Part shown: positions 1 through 9,641 of the stretch, one piece after another
Layout of the letters: the number at the start of each line of letters is the position of its first letter
How positions within the stretch are numbered: position 1 is the stretch's first letter
Source of the DNA: Candidatus Latescibacterota bacterium
GTDB lineage: Bacteria; Latescibacterota; UBA2968; UBA8231
DNA: 64,000 bases
Direction: 5' to 3'
NCBI GenBank assembly: GCA_964291625.2
Contig: OZ220089.1
Span: 928,001 to 992,000, forward strand
Made by a program: the position numbers and the translations under genes
Notes under the pieces: model-generated
The model's database searches: none
Told to the model about the DNA's origin: nothing
The model's input: the letters and a program-made list of their open reading frames with translations, nothing else

Positions 1-91
1 CGGGACCGGTGGTCAGCGTTGGGGCTGCTTCTCCCGCCTCGGGCAGCGACAGGCTCCAGGCCAGGAGCAACGAAGCCGGCAGGGACCGCAT
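1..91 (-). CDS. N-terminus (runs off window) of a secreted protein, probable paralog of the 1440-3116 kinase-fold protein
   Basis: ATG at 91-89 overlaps the upstream stop (TGATG). It reads MRSLPASLLLAWSLSLPEAGEAAPTLTTGP: a signal peptide, then AAPTLTT matching AAPRLTT of 1440-3116, in the same position after an Omp85 gene. Confidence 0.65.
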   Translation of the reverse strand, partial: MRSLPASLLLAWSLSLPEAGEAAPTLTTGP

Positions 92-1437
92 CAGAACTCC
101 TGCCGCAGGGAGAACCCGACCAGGGCGGCCTCTTCCTCGCTGCGTGCGATGCGCACCCCGCAGAGGAAGGCGCGCTCCGTCCGCACGCTGATGCCGGCCC
201 CGTAGCTGTACTCGAACCGGTCCATCTCCAAGGCGTCGTACCCGTCGAAGACCTGCCCTTCGTCCCAGAACAGGAAGGCGTTCCAGGTATCCCAGATGGG
301 ATAGCGGTACTCGGCGCTGAAGAGCAGACTGCCCTCGCCGCGGAAGAACCCGCGCCGGTACCCCCGCAGCCGCTGCCCTCCGCCGAGCGTGGTCAGTTCC
401 GAATACGGGACGAGGCTGTCGTCCCCGAGAGGATGGGCCTTCTCGAGCCGGGCCCTCAAGGCCAGGATCCGGTTTCTGTAGAAGAGGGTGAAGAAACGCT
501 GGATCTCGGCGGCGTAGTGGTAGTACCGAACCTCCCTGGAGCCGGCGGTGTAGTCGGCCTCGACCTGGATGAGCCCGCCGTGCTCGGGGAAGGCCCTGTC
601 GCGGAAGCGATAGTAGCGGTCATTGGCGAAGAGCAGTACACGTCCGGACAACTGGTAGTTCATGGGAGGGCTGATCGAGGTCGTGGGGGGCTTGTAGTCC
701 CGGTCGTCGAAGGCGACACGGAGACCGGCGGAGAACAGGTCGATCGCCTCATTCGCGCCGGCCATGGCACTGGACCTGCGGCCGGTATCGTCGTAGCGGC
801 GAAAGCCGTAGGCCAGCCGCAGCTCGACCACCGCATCCGGCTCGAAGCCCTCGGTCTCGCCGTGGTTGGAGTGATGTCCAATGGCGAGTCTCGCGTCCTG
901 CCGCCGGTAGCGGAACCGCTGCTCGCGCCCACCCGGTTCACCCTCGCTGTTGATCGTGGCGTGGTCGTCGTCTGTATCCAGCGCTTCGATGGACGCATTC
1001 CAGTACCAGGGCCCTCCGCCGATCCCCGGGTCCTTGTATCGCGCCGTCCCGCTGTAGTTGGAGAGGTTGCCGACCAGGCTCGTGGAGAATCTCCCGCGTC
1101 CGAACAGATCGGTACGCAACAGGGTGATCCCGCCCCCGGGCCCGGTCTCCTCACCGGTACCCGTCTCCCCGCCGAAGACCACGAAGGGAAGCCATCTGGT
1201 GGCCTTCTCCCCGCCCTGGCCGGCGAAGTGGCCCCTGCGCTCGGCCCAGATGGTGAGCTGCCCGATCGGGTAGATCAAAGCACTCCACAGGTACTTCGGC
1301 AGGGCGAGCAGGTGATTGTGCCTGGTCTCGTAGACGTCGACGGTGTCCACCTCGGCCATCGCGGGGGGACCGGCCCGCAACTCGGCAGGTACCGCCAGCA
1401 CCGCCAACGTCAGCACAAGGACAGTGGTCGGCAACAC
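91..1437 (-). CDS. Omp85/BamA-TamA family outer-membrane beta-barrel without recognisable POTRA domains
   Basis: GTG start after GGAGGAG; signal peptide; LRGYRRG (VRGF/Y-type lid motif); AEYRYP; FWDEGQV (FxDxG); C-terminal Phe. Confidence 0.8.
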   Translation of the reverse strand: MLPTTVLVLTLAVLAVPAELRAGPPAMAEVDTVDVYETRHNHLLALPKYLWSALIYPIGQLTIWAERRGHFAGQGGEKATRWLPFVVFGGETGTGEETGPGGGITLLRTDLFGRGRFSTSLVGNLSNYSGTARYKDPGIGGGPWYWNASIEALDTDDDHATINSEGEPGGREQRFRYRRQDARLAIGHHSNHGETEGFEPDAVVELRLAYGFRRYDDTGRRSSAMAGANEAIDLFSAGLRVAFDDRDYKPPTTSISPPMNYQLSGRVLLFANDRYYRFRDRAFPEHGGLIQVEADYTAGSREVRYYHYAAEIQRFFTLFYRNRILALRARLEKAHPLGDDSLVPYSELTTLGGGQRLRGYRRGFFRGEGSLLFSAEYRYPIWDTWNAFLFWDEGQVFDGYDALEMDRFEYSYGAGISVRTERAFLCGVRIARSEEEAALVGFSLRQEF

Positions 1438-1439
1438 TT

Positions 1440-3116
1440 CTACTCCTCCCTGTCGATGCGCACCAGCTGCAGGCGGCCGTCCTCGTGTCGATACAGGAAC
1501 GCCGTCGTGGTCTTGCTCCACTTCTCCCCCTCGCCGCTGCGGCTCTGCAGCCGGTAGCCGAAGAACTCCCCGGGCCGCGCCTCCTCGCCCATGGGGATCA
1601 CCGTCTCCTCCACCCTCTCCGGCCCCGCGACCTCCCGGCCCTTCCGGTCGACGACCGCGTACCGCCACTGCCGTGAGGCGCGCGGCACGAGACCGCCCTC
1701 CACGGCGAGATCGACGAACCGCAGCCGATCGCCCTCGACCTCAAAGCGGTCCAGCGGGTTGACCCGCCCGAACCAGTAGCGCCCGATCATGTCCCGCCGC
1801 TCCGCCAGCAGGCGGGTCAGCTCCGCCGTTGCCCCCGGATCGGAGTAGCGGCCCCGCTCCACGATGGCGCCGATCTCGTCGTCGCCGAAGGCCATGACGA
1901 TCTTGGCGCCCCAGTAGCCGTCGCGGTTGGTGCAGCGCTCGAAGGCGGGGTTGGGGTAGTCCGGCACCCAGCCCCCGGGGCTGAAGGTCTCGTTCTCGAA
2001 GTATCCGAGGGAGACGTACGGCATCGGTACCGGCTCCTCCCACTTCTTCCGGTAGAGCCCCAGGGAGACGATGGACCGCAGGATCGTGCGGAAGTCCACC
2101 ATGTACTCGTTGCCGTGCTTGGGCTGGTGCGGCCGCCAGCTGCCGCTGCCGAGAGCGGAGCCCATGTCGATCAGGCAGTGGCGGATGTACCCGCGGCCGT
2201 CTTCATCGGTCACGTACATGTCCAGGGTGTTGGCGGCCCGGCGGTCGGCATCGTTCAGCCACGAGCCGATGACGCGCAGCCCCCGCAGCTCGCGCCGGTG
2301 CTCGTGGTCCACGCGGTCGTTGGGGTCGTCGCGGCGGCGGCCGTGGTAGTTGAAGACCCCCACGGGCTTGCCCTCGAGGAACTGGCTGGCCAGGCAGCGC
2401 AGGGTACCGTCGGGCCGCGGCGTGAGGCTGTCGAGGATCTCCCGCAGGTCCTCCCGGGTCATGGGCCGCTTCTCACCGTCTCCCGCCGAGACCCTGGCCT
2501 TGGGACCGATCTCCAGTTGCGCGGGGTCGAAGTGGACGACCGAGTTGCGCGGCACGTTGTAGCCGGCGGCGTGGAGGATCTTGGTGACCACCACCTCGGA
2601 GCCGGACCCCATCTCGTCGTTGCCCTTCGAGTCGAACTTGAGCAGGAAGTACCGGCCTGACGCGTCCTTGATGGTGAAGCCCGCCGTGATCCCCTCGAAC
2701 TTGCCGGCCACGATCTCCCACGGGCCGCTGTCGTCGGGCCGGGCCGCCCCGGGCCCTTCGGCCAGCTCCTCCAGGCTCATGGGCCGCAGGAAATGCCGGT
2801 TGGTGTACCACGAGGAGTTGGGCACTTCGTCGAGGACGTTGACGTTGTCGGCCTGGCGCGGCCCCACGATGCCGAGGAGGTCCCCGACGCGGCGGGCCGT
2901 GAACCCCAGGTCGAGCACCTTGCCGACCTGGTAGAAGGTGGTCATGTCGACGAAGTCCCAGATCTTGTTCTCCGCGGCCTCGGCGGGCTCGGCGATCGGC
3001 TTGTCATCGGCGTCGAACCACTTGACGGGGTCGGTGGTCAGCCTCGGGGCGGCCGTGCCCGCCATCGGCCACAGGAGCACGAGAACCAGCAACATGGCGA
3101 GGCTCGGAAAACCCAT
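1440..3116 (-). CDS. Secreted protein with atypical protein-kinase-like (PI3/4K / Fam20 / HipA-like) motifs
   Basis: Signal peptide MGFPSLAMLLVLVLLW; FLLKFD (Lys); Glu in GSEVVVTK; NDADRRAANTL (DRxxxN catalytic loop); LIDMG (DFG equivalent). Start coupled to the upstream stop. Confidence 0.6.
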   Translation of the reverse strand: MGFPSLAMLLVLVLLWPMAGTAAPRLTTDPVKWFDADDKPIAEPAEAAENKIWDFVDMTTFYQVGKVLDLGFTARRVGDLLGIVGPRQADNVNVLDEVPNSSWYTNRHFLRPMSLEELAEGPGAARPDDSGPWEIVAGKFEGITAGFTIKDASGRYFLLKFDSKGNDEMGSGSEVVVTKILHAAGYNVPRNSVVHFDPAQLEIGPKARVSAGDGEKRPMTREDLREILDSLTPRPDGTLRCLASQFLEGKPVGVFNYHGRRRDDPNDRVDHEHRRELRGLRVIGSWLNDADRRAANTLDMYVTDEDGRGYIRHCLIDMGSALGSGSWRPHQPKHGNEYMVDFRTILRSIVSLGLYRKKWEEPVPMPYVSLGYFENETFSPGGWVPDYPNPAFERCTNRDGYWGAKIVMAFGDDEIGAIVERGRYSDPGATAELTRLLAERRDMIGRYWFGRVNPLDRFEVEGDRLRFVDLAVEGGLVPRASRQWRYAVVDRKGREVAGPERVEETVIPMGEEARPGEFFGYRLQSRSGEGEKWSKTTTAFLYRHEDGRLQLVRIDREE

Positions 3117-4459
3117 CAGAACTCCTTCTCCAGCGAGAAGCCGGTGAGCGCCTTCTCTTCCTCGCTGCGGCCGATGCGCAGGCCGAAGAGGAAGGCGCGC
3201 TCGGTGCGCACGCTGAGGCCGGCGCCGAAGCTGTACTCGAACCGGCCGGCTTCGAGATCTCCGTATCTCTCGAAGACCTGTCCCTCCTCCCAAAACAGGA
3301 AGGCGTTCCACGTATCCCAGATCGGGTAGCGGTACTCGGCGCCGAGGAGCAGGCTGCCCTGGCCCCGGAACGACCCGCGCCGGTAGCCGCGCAGCCGCTG
3401 GCCGCCGCCCAGGGCGGGCATGTCGGAGTAGGGGACGAGGCCGTCCTCCCCCAGGGCGTGGGCGTTCTCGAGGCGGACCCGGATGCCGAGGATCCGGTCC
3501 CTGTAGAAGAGGGTGAAGAAGCGATGGACCTCGGCCGCGTACCGGAGATACCGCACGTCCCCGGAACCGGCGACGTAGTCGGCCTCGATGCCGGCGAGTC
3601 CGCCGTGCTCGGGGAAGGCCGTGTCGCGGAAGCTGTAGTAGCGGTCGCCGGCGAAAAGCAGGACCCGTCCGGGGAACTGGTAGTTCAGGGGATGGCTGAT
3701 ACTGGTGGTGGGCGGCTTGAAGTCGCGATCGTCGAAGGCGGCCCTGGCGCCCACGGAGAGCTGGTTGATGGCCTCGTTCAAACCGGGGGTCTCGACGGGA
3801 AGGGGACCGTCGGCGACAAACTCCCGGAAGCCGTGGGCCAGGCGCAGCTCGATGACTGCATTCGGTTCGTACCCATCGGTCTCTCCGTAGTTGGAGCGGC
3901 GGCCGAGAGTGATCCTCGCATCCCTCTGCTCCAGCTCGAGGAACGATCCCGAGCCCCTCAGCTCGCCGTTGATGGTGGCGCTCTCGTGCCCCGTCCCCAG
4001 GGCTTCGAGAGAGGCACTCCAGTACCAGGGTCCCCCGCCGATGCCGGGGTCGTCGTACAGGGCCGTTCCCCTGTAGTTGTCGCGGTTGGCGATCATGTTC
4101 GCGGAGAACGCCTTTCCGCGTCCGAACAGATCGGTATGGAACATGGTGAACCCGCCGGCGGTCCCCGTCTCGCCGCCCAGGGCCCCGTAGGGAAAGACGC
4201 CGAAGGTCTCCGCCTCGTTGGTGAACAGGTCCACCATCCGTGCGGGTACCTGCTCGTGCTCGACCCAGATGGCGAACCGGCCGATGGGATGGACCAGGGC
4301 GTTCCAGACGTACTTCGGAAAGGCAAGCAGGTGGTTGCGCCGCGTCTCGTACACGTCGGACGTGTCAACCGAGGCCGCCTCGGCAGGCCCGGCGGGCGCC
4401 CGGGACGGCGCAACGAGAGCCACCAGCACGAGAACCAGGAGAAGGGATCGGGGCCGCAT
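3116..4459 (-). CDS. Omp85/BamA-TamA family outer-membrane beta-barrel, paralog of 91-1437
   Basis: Signal peptide MRPRSLLLVLVLVALV; long stretches shared with 91-1437 (GGGQRLRGYRRG, AEYRYPIWDTWNAFLFW); C-terminal EKEF. Confidence 0.8.
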   Translation of the reverse strand: MRPRSLLLVLVLVALVAPSRAPAGPAEAASVDTSDVYETRRNHLLAFPKYVWNALVHPIGRFAIWVEHEQVPARMVDLFTNEAETFGVFPYGALGGETGTAGGFTMFHTDLFGRGKAFSANMIANRDNYRGTALYDDPGIGGGPWYWSASLEALGTGHESATINGELRGSGSFLELEQRDARITLGRRSNYGETDGYEPNAVIELRLAHGFREFVADGPLPVETPGLNEAINQLSVGARAAFDDRDFKPPTTSISHPLNYQFPGRVLLFAGDRYYSFRDTAFPEHGGLAGIEADYVAGSGDVRYLRYAAEVHRFFTLFYRDRILGIRVRLENAHALGEDGLVPYSDMPALGGGQRLRGYRRGSFRGQGSLLLGAEYRYPIWDTWNAFLFWEEGQVFERYGDLEAGRFEYSFGAGLSVRTERAFLFGLRIGRSEEEKALTGFSLEKEF

Positions 4460-4556
4460 GGCAGCTGTCGCTCCGTGCAGGGTTCGGTCCGGACATGGCC
4501 TCAGCCTATCGGAACCCGAGCAGCGCGTCAAACACCACCCCCCGGGAAACGCCATC

Positions 4557-5588
4557 TCACCTGTGGGGCGCGGGGAAGGTGAGAGAAAGGCCCAGCGACA
4601 CGGGCATCATGTCCCGCTCTCCCACGCCGAAGAAGGGGCGATCCACGCGCAATTCCAGCCTGAGGCGGGCCCGGGTGAGCCGCAGGGCTTCCACGCCTCC
4701 GGTGACATAGCCCCCCAGACCACCCCCCTCATCGTCGTCCGCCATGGAATCCAGCAATTCCTCGTAGCTGGCCCAAACACGGGTGAAGCCGCCACCCAGG
4801 TACGGGGAGACGCTCTTCTTGCCGAAGTAGTAACGACCGCCGATTCCCCAGGCGACGAAGAGAAAGCTGTCCCCGTCGTCATCCTCCCCCCCGGAGCCCC
4901 AGAGCTCGGACCCCACGGCAAAGGATCCTGTCTCGTACCACCCCTGGATGCTGTAGCCGGGCTTGGCGATCCCCGAGGCGATGGTGCCCAGGAGGCCCAC
5001 GCCCAAGAAGGAATCGCCGGGTATCAGCCGGTGGCGGCGGGCCTCCTCCTCGACGACCGTCTCGCGGTCTACCGTGGAAGCCACCGACGTTCCGAGGACG
5101 ATCGCCTCCGCCAGCCGGGGCGCGGCCGATATCATCTCTTCGATCCCTCCCATCTGGATCTGCCGCTCGATGATGACCCGGCCCGCGGGGTCCACCTGAC
5201 TCAGACGGACCACGATGTACTGGCCCAGGCGGTGCAGATCCAGCCGATACCTGTCCGCCCCGTCCGGGGCGCGAAGGACCGGATCGCCCACTGGCACGCC
5301 CTGCTCTCTCAGCTCCCCGCACACCAGCAGGGCCGCGGTCCTCGCGTCGGCTTCCGGAAAACCGGAGTGCTCTCCGATCAGGCAGGCAGCCTGGGAGGCC
5401 GGGGAGGCCGGGGCGGCCGCGGGAGCGGGATCGCCCCCGGTGGCGCCGGCTCTAGTGTGCTCGATGATGGTGCCGCGGACCACGCCTCCATCCCGCAGGC
5501 GGACGACATCTTCCATCTCCTGGGCCGAGACGGGGATCGCGGCGGCTGCAAGAGCGGTCAGGCAGATGAACTGAAGAGGACGCAGCAT
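4557..5588 (-). CDS. Secreted hypothetical protein with probable C-terminal small outer-membrane beta-barrel
   Basis: Signal peptide; EDVVRLRDGGVVRGTIIE motif (shared with 28428-29117); amphipathic strands GIGGRYYF, SPYLGGGF, LGLSLTF. Confidence 0.55.
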   Translation of the reverse strand: MLRPLQFICLTALAAAAIPVSAQEMEDVVRLRDGGVVRGTIIEHTRAGATGGDPAPAAAPASPASQAACLIGEHSGFPEADARTAALLVCGELREQGVPVGDPVLRAPDGADRYRLDLHRLGQYIVVRLSQVDPAGRVIIERQIQMGGIEEMISAAPRLAEAIVLGTSVASTVDRETVVEEEARRHRLIPGDSFLGVGLLGTIASGIAKPGYSIQGWYETGSFAVGSELWGSGGEDDDGDSFLFVAWGIGGRYYFGKKSVSPYLGGGFTRVWASYEELLDSMADDDEGGGLGGYVTGGVEALRLTRARLRLELRVDRPFFGVGERDMMPVSLGLSLTFPAPHR

Positions 5589-5616
5589 GTATCGCCCCTT
5601 GCCTCCGTGGCTGCCT

Positions 5617-6519
5617 CTAGTTCAGAGACTTGGCCGGGTTCTCACTCTCCACCCGCGAGCATCCATCGCCGTTGCAGGCGGTTACCCAGTAGTAGTTGCT
5701 CCGCGAGTCGGGCTCGCCGTGGACGTAGGTCGTCTCCGAGACCTGCATGGCCAGCTCCGTGCACCACTGGGGCTGACCGCTCTGTTCCAGTTCGCAGGAC
5801 GACGAAAAGAAGCCGTCCCAGTAGATGTTGTAGTGGGAAGCCCTCTCCACGGGATCCCAGGTGACCACGATGGTCTCGCCATCCCACTTGAATCGTGCGT
5901 TGCCCGGGCTTGTGCAGTACGGCACCGGAGACCCCTCGGGCAGGCATCCGTTCAAGAGGCTGTTTCCGTTCAGCCCCAGCGATTGCAGGTAGGTGAGGCT
6001 CGCCAACTCGGCCGGGATCACGCCTGCCAGCTGGTTGTACGACAGGTTCAGCAATTCCAGGTTCGAGAGATCGCCCAGCTCGGATGGAATGCTCCCCCGC
6101 AACCGGTTCTCGGAGAGGTCCAGGGACTCCAGACCGGAGAGGTCGGCCAACTCGGGTGGAAGCATGCCACGCAGATCGTTGCCCGGAAGGGCCAGCCCGA
6201 GGACGCCAAGGCCACTGCGGTTGGTGGTAACGCCGTACCACTCACTGATCGGGGCATCGGTCAACCAGTTGTCGTTGTTCGCCCAGTTCAGGCCGTCCAT
6301 CTCCTGGTAGAGCAGGACCAGGACGGTACTGTCGGACATGGTACTGGCCCCGGCCGTCCCTCGGCCCTGATCCCCCCCCTCACTCTGACCGCTGCCTTCG
6401 CCCGGTGGTCCTTGGGGCCCCACCGGACCCTGGGGGCCCATCGGACCCTGGGGGCCCTCAGGTCCCGTGCATGTAGCCAGACCGAGAGCCAACAACGGCA
6501 ACAGCACAAGGAATTTCAT
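5617..6519 (-). CDS. Lipoprotein: short collagen (GXY) stalk, leucine-rich repeats and Cys-containing FN3-like domain
   Basis: GGAGGT RBS; lipobox LATC followed by [12 protein letters not shown]; LRRs of type LRGSIPSELGDLSNLELLNLSYNQ; TWDPVERASHYNIY ... YWVTACNGDGCS. Confidence 0.85.
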   Translation of the reverse strand: MKFLVLLPLLALGLATCTGPEGPQGPMGPQGPVGPQGPPGEGSGQSEGGDQGRGTAGASTMSDSTVLVLLYQEMDGLNWANNDNWLTDAPISEWYGVTTNRSGLGVLGLALPGNDLRGMLPPELADLSGLESLDLSENRLRGSIPSELGDLSNLELLNLSYNQLAGVIPAELASLTYLQSLGLNGNSLLNGCLPEGSPVPYCTSPGNARFKWDGETIVVTWDPVERASHYNIYWDGFFSSSCELEQSGQPQWCTELAMQVSETTYVHGEPDSRSNYYWVTACNGDGCSRVESENPAKSLN

Positions 6520-6639
6520 CTCCCACCTCCTTCGCTTCTCGTATCTCCTTGGTCCAATGCATGTCCACCGATAGGGGTGCCGTCCCCACAACAGCTGTCA
6601 GACATCCCGCCACAACAGTGTGTCGCATCCGAGGCCCCC

Positions 6640-7918
6640 CTACCGCAGCAAAGTCAGCTTCCTCGTCAACATGCCCTCTCCCGTCACCAGCCGGAAGAGG
6701 TAGACACCGCTGGCCAGGGGGCGCCCCTCGCCGTCGCGGCCGTCCCAGTGAAGGCGGTGGTACCCGGTCGGCTGCGGTCCCCGCGTCGGAGTCAATGCCG
6801 CCATCGCCGTCGAAATCCGCCCGCAGCACAGGATACTCGGAGTCGGTTCCGAAGTCCCAGGGATCGTCGGCCGTGCCGTCACCGTCCAGATCCCTGTTCC
6901 AGTTGGCATAGATGCCGGAGTACCCGGTAGGTGTCCGCAGCTCCTCGGTCGTCTTGCCGACAGCGGCGCCGCCGCCCGAGGCCTGTCCCGACGTCTCGGT
7001 ATTCCAATAGCTGGCGACGATGCTGCTCCGGCCACCGGAGGTGCCGCGATTGCGTCCCACAAGCCCACCGACCTCACTGTAGTTTCCCGAGCCCGTCACC
7101 GCGCCGGTCGCATAGCTGGAGACAATACTGCTATGGCCGCGGGAGGTGGTTCCATTGCGTCCCACGAGCCCGCCGACGCTTCCCCCTCCAAAGTTCGTCA
7201 CCACTGCGGTCGCATAGCTGGAGACAACGCTGCTTCGGCCACCCGAGGCGCCGCCATTGCTTCCCACCAGCCCGCCGACCACCGAGCTTTCGCCCGAGCC
7301 TGTCACCGTACCGGTCGCATAGCTGGAGACAATGCTGCCCTGGTGGTTATACCCCACCAGCCCGCCGATCGCCCCGCTTTCGCCCGAGCCAGTCACGGCC
7401 ACGTCGCGAACCCCCACATTCCGAACCTGCCCGCCGGCGCTGACGCTCCCGAACAGACCGATGACGCCAGAGGAACGGTTGATGTACAGGTTGGCGATGG
7501 TGTGGCCGTTGCCCTCGAAGGTGGTTGCGAAGCCCCCGATGGGCGCCCATCCCGTACCGCTGTGCCAGTACTCGTCGGTCGAGTCCAAGTCGCCATCGCC
7601 GTCGGTGTCGAAGTCGAGATCCGCGGTCAACTCGTACCCGGTGCAGGTGGTGGGGCAGCCCATGGCCGCGTCGGCATCGGGGAAGGCGCTCGCATAGGAG
7701 GAGTCATTCGCTGCGTTGTCCGCGGCGCCATCTCCGTCCAGGTCCCAGCGGATCGCGTTCAGATGCGCCAGGCTGCTGATCTCGATGAGGCCGTCGCCAT
7801 CGCTGTCGTAGGAGACCGCGGAGGCTGCCGCCGGCGCCGAGAGCACAAGGGCGGCGCCGAGAGCCCGCAATCCTGGAACCAGCGGTGCGGATCCGTGGAT
7901 CACAGTCGGGGGGTTCAT
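6640..7918 (-). pseudogene. GLUG-repeat surface protein, internally deleted and fused out of frame to a partial FlgD-Ig tail
   Basis: N-terminus parallels 9638-14692 (SYDSDGDGLIEISSLA.LNAIRWDLDGDG, VGGLVG repeats). After YPVLRADFDGDG (~6785) the tail RGPQPTGYHRLHWDGRDGEGRPLASGVYLFRL...RKLTLLR continues in another frame. Confidence 0.75.
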
Positions 7919-7952
7919 GAGCCCGCTCTTCTCCTGTGGCGAAGGACGATGC

Positions 7953-9641
7953 CTACTGCAACAAGGTCAGCTTGCGCGTCAGGACACCCTCGGAGGTCAT
8001 CAGGCGGTACAGGTAGACGCCGCTGGCCAGGGGCCGTCCCGCGTCGTCGCGGCCGTCCCAGTCGAGGCGATGGAATCCGGCCTCCTGCGGGCCTGCTTGC
8101 AGAACCGCCAACCGCTGTCCCGTCAGGGAGAACACCTCCAGCCGGGCCGGACCCGGCTTCTGCAGGAACCAGGAGATGACGGTCTCGCTGTTGAAAGGAT
8201 TGGGGGAGTTCTGGTGCAGCTCGGACACGGCTGGAAGACGGAGGATCTCCCGGGCCAAGGCGACCAGCTTGGCCTGCCCCGACGAGTCGAAGGCGTCGAT
8301 GAACAGGAAGAAGTCGACGAAATCGACGGTGCCGTTGCCGTCGAGGTCATACCGCGCATCGGTGGTGCCGAAGGCGTCGATGAACAGGAAGAAATCGGCG
8401 AAGTCGGTCCTGCCGTCGCCGTTGAAATCGGTCGTGGCTTGCGCCTGGGCCGCTTGTGTCGTTGTTCCGGTGGCGGTCGCGGACCAGGGACCCTCGCAGG
8501 CGCCGTTGACGGCTCCCACCTGCACGTCGTACGGAGTGCCGTCGGTCAGGCCGGTCAGCTCGTAGCTCAGCGCCCCGGAGCCGTTCGTCCAGACATCCTG
8601 GACCACGGTCCAGTCGGGGTCGGCCCTGGAAGGGGCGTCGCTGGGCACGTAGCGCAGGTCGTAAGCGATGATGGCCGAGCCGCCATCGCTGGAGGGTGCG
8701 CTCCAAGTCACGGTGAGCGAGCCTGCGCCGGGCATCACCAATTGGATGGCGGGCGCGCCGGGGACGTTCGGGTCCGGCGTGGAGCCGTCGGTCGGCATAT
8801 TGTAGGCGTACACCTTGTCGTCCCAGTCATCCGCCACCCACATGGTCTCGCCGTCGGACCAGAGACCCCGGGGGGAGGTGTTTCCGGCGGCCTCCAGGTT
8901 ATCGAAGTCCTTGGAGGGATCCCGGGCTTTGGTGATCATGTCGTAGGCGTACAGCTTCTCGTCCGCATAGTCCCCCACCCACATGGTCACGCCGTCGGAC
9001 CAGAGGCCTCGGGGGGAGGTGTTTCCGGCGGCCTCCAGGGCATCGAAGTCCTTGGAGGGATCGCGGGCCTTGGTCGAAAGGCTGTAGGCCAGGACCACGT
9101 CGAGATCGGTGTCCGCCACCCACATGGTGGCGCCGTCCGACCAGATGTCCTTGGGGGAGGTGTTCCCCGCGGCTTCCAGAGTATTGAAGTCCCTGGAGGG
9201 ATCGCGGGCCTTGGTCGACAGGTTGTAGGCGAAAATCTTGTCGTCATCGCTGGCAAGGAGGTCCCATTTCCAGCCACCGGTGTGCGCCACCCACATGGTC
9301 ACCCCGTCCGACCAGATGCCCCGGGGAGCGATGTTCCTCGCAAGGCGCAGGGTACCGAAGTCCTTGGCGGGATCCCGGGCCTTGGTGATCATGTCGTAGG
9401 CAAAGATCCTGTCGTCGCCCGTGTCTGACACCCACATGGTCACCCCGTCCGACCACAGGCCTCTGGGATCGTCGTCTCCAGCCGCCTCCAGGGTATCGAA
9501 GTCCTTGGCGGGATCGCGGGCGTAGGCGGCCCCGTGGTCTCGTGAGCAGGCATTCCCCGCCGCCTCCGCGGCGCCCGCACATACCACCAACTGCAGCGAG
9601 AGACTCAGGACGATCGGCTTCTGGCTGAAGAGCTCTCTCAT
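7953..9641 (-). CDS. Secreted protein: five GLWSDG-repeat propeller, fibronectin type III, dockerin/EF-hand-like pair, FlgD-Ig tail
   Basis: ATGA-coupled start MRELFSQKP; five GxWSDGxTMWV repeats; FN3 (LTVTWSAP...YDVQVGAVN); TDFNGDGRTDFADFF / DLDGNGTVDFVDFF; NSPNPFNSETVI...WDGRDDAGRPLASGVYLYRL. Confidence 0.85.
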   Translation of the reverse strand: MRELFSQKPIVLSLSLQLVVCAGAAEAAGNACSRDHGAAYARDPAKDFDTLEAAGDDDPRGLWSDGVTMWVSDTGDDRIFAYDMITKARDPAKDFGTLRLARNIAPRGIWSDGVTMWVAHTGGWKWDLLASDDDKIFAYNLSTKARDPSRDFNTLEAAGNTSPKDIWSDGATMWVADTDLDVVLAYSLSTKARDPSKDFDALEAAGNTSPRGLWSDGVTMWVGDYADEKLYAYDMITKARDPSKDFDNLEAAGNTSPRGLWSDGETMWVADDWDDKVYAYNMPTDGSTPDPNVPGAPAIQLVMPGAGSLTVTWSAPSSDGGSAIIAYDLRYVPSDAPSRADPDWTVVQDVWTNGSGALSYELTGLTDGTPYDVQVGAVNGACEGPWSATATGTTTQAAQAQATTDFNGDGRTDFADFFLFIDAFGTTDARYDLDGNGTVDFVDFFLFIDAFDSSGQAKLVALAREILRLPAVSELHQNSPNPFNSETVISWFLQKPGPARLEVFSLTGQRLAVLQAGPQEAGFHRLDWDGRDDAGRPLASGVYLYRLMTSEGVLTRKLTLLQ

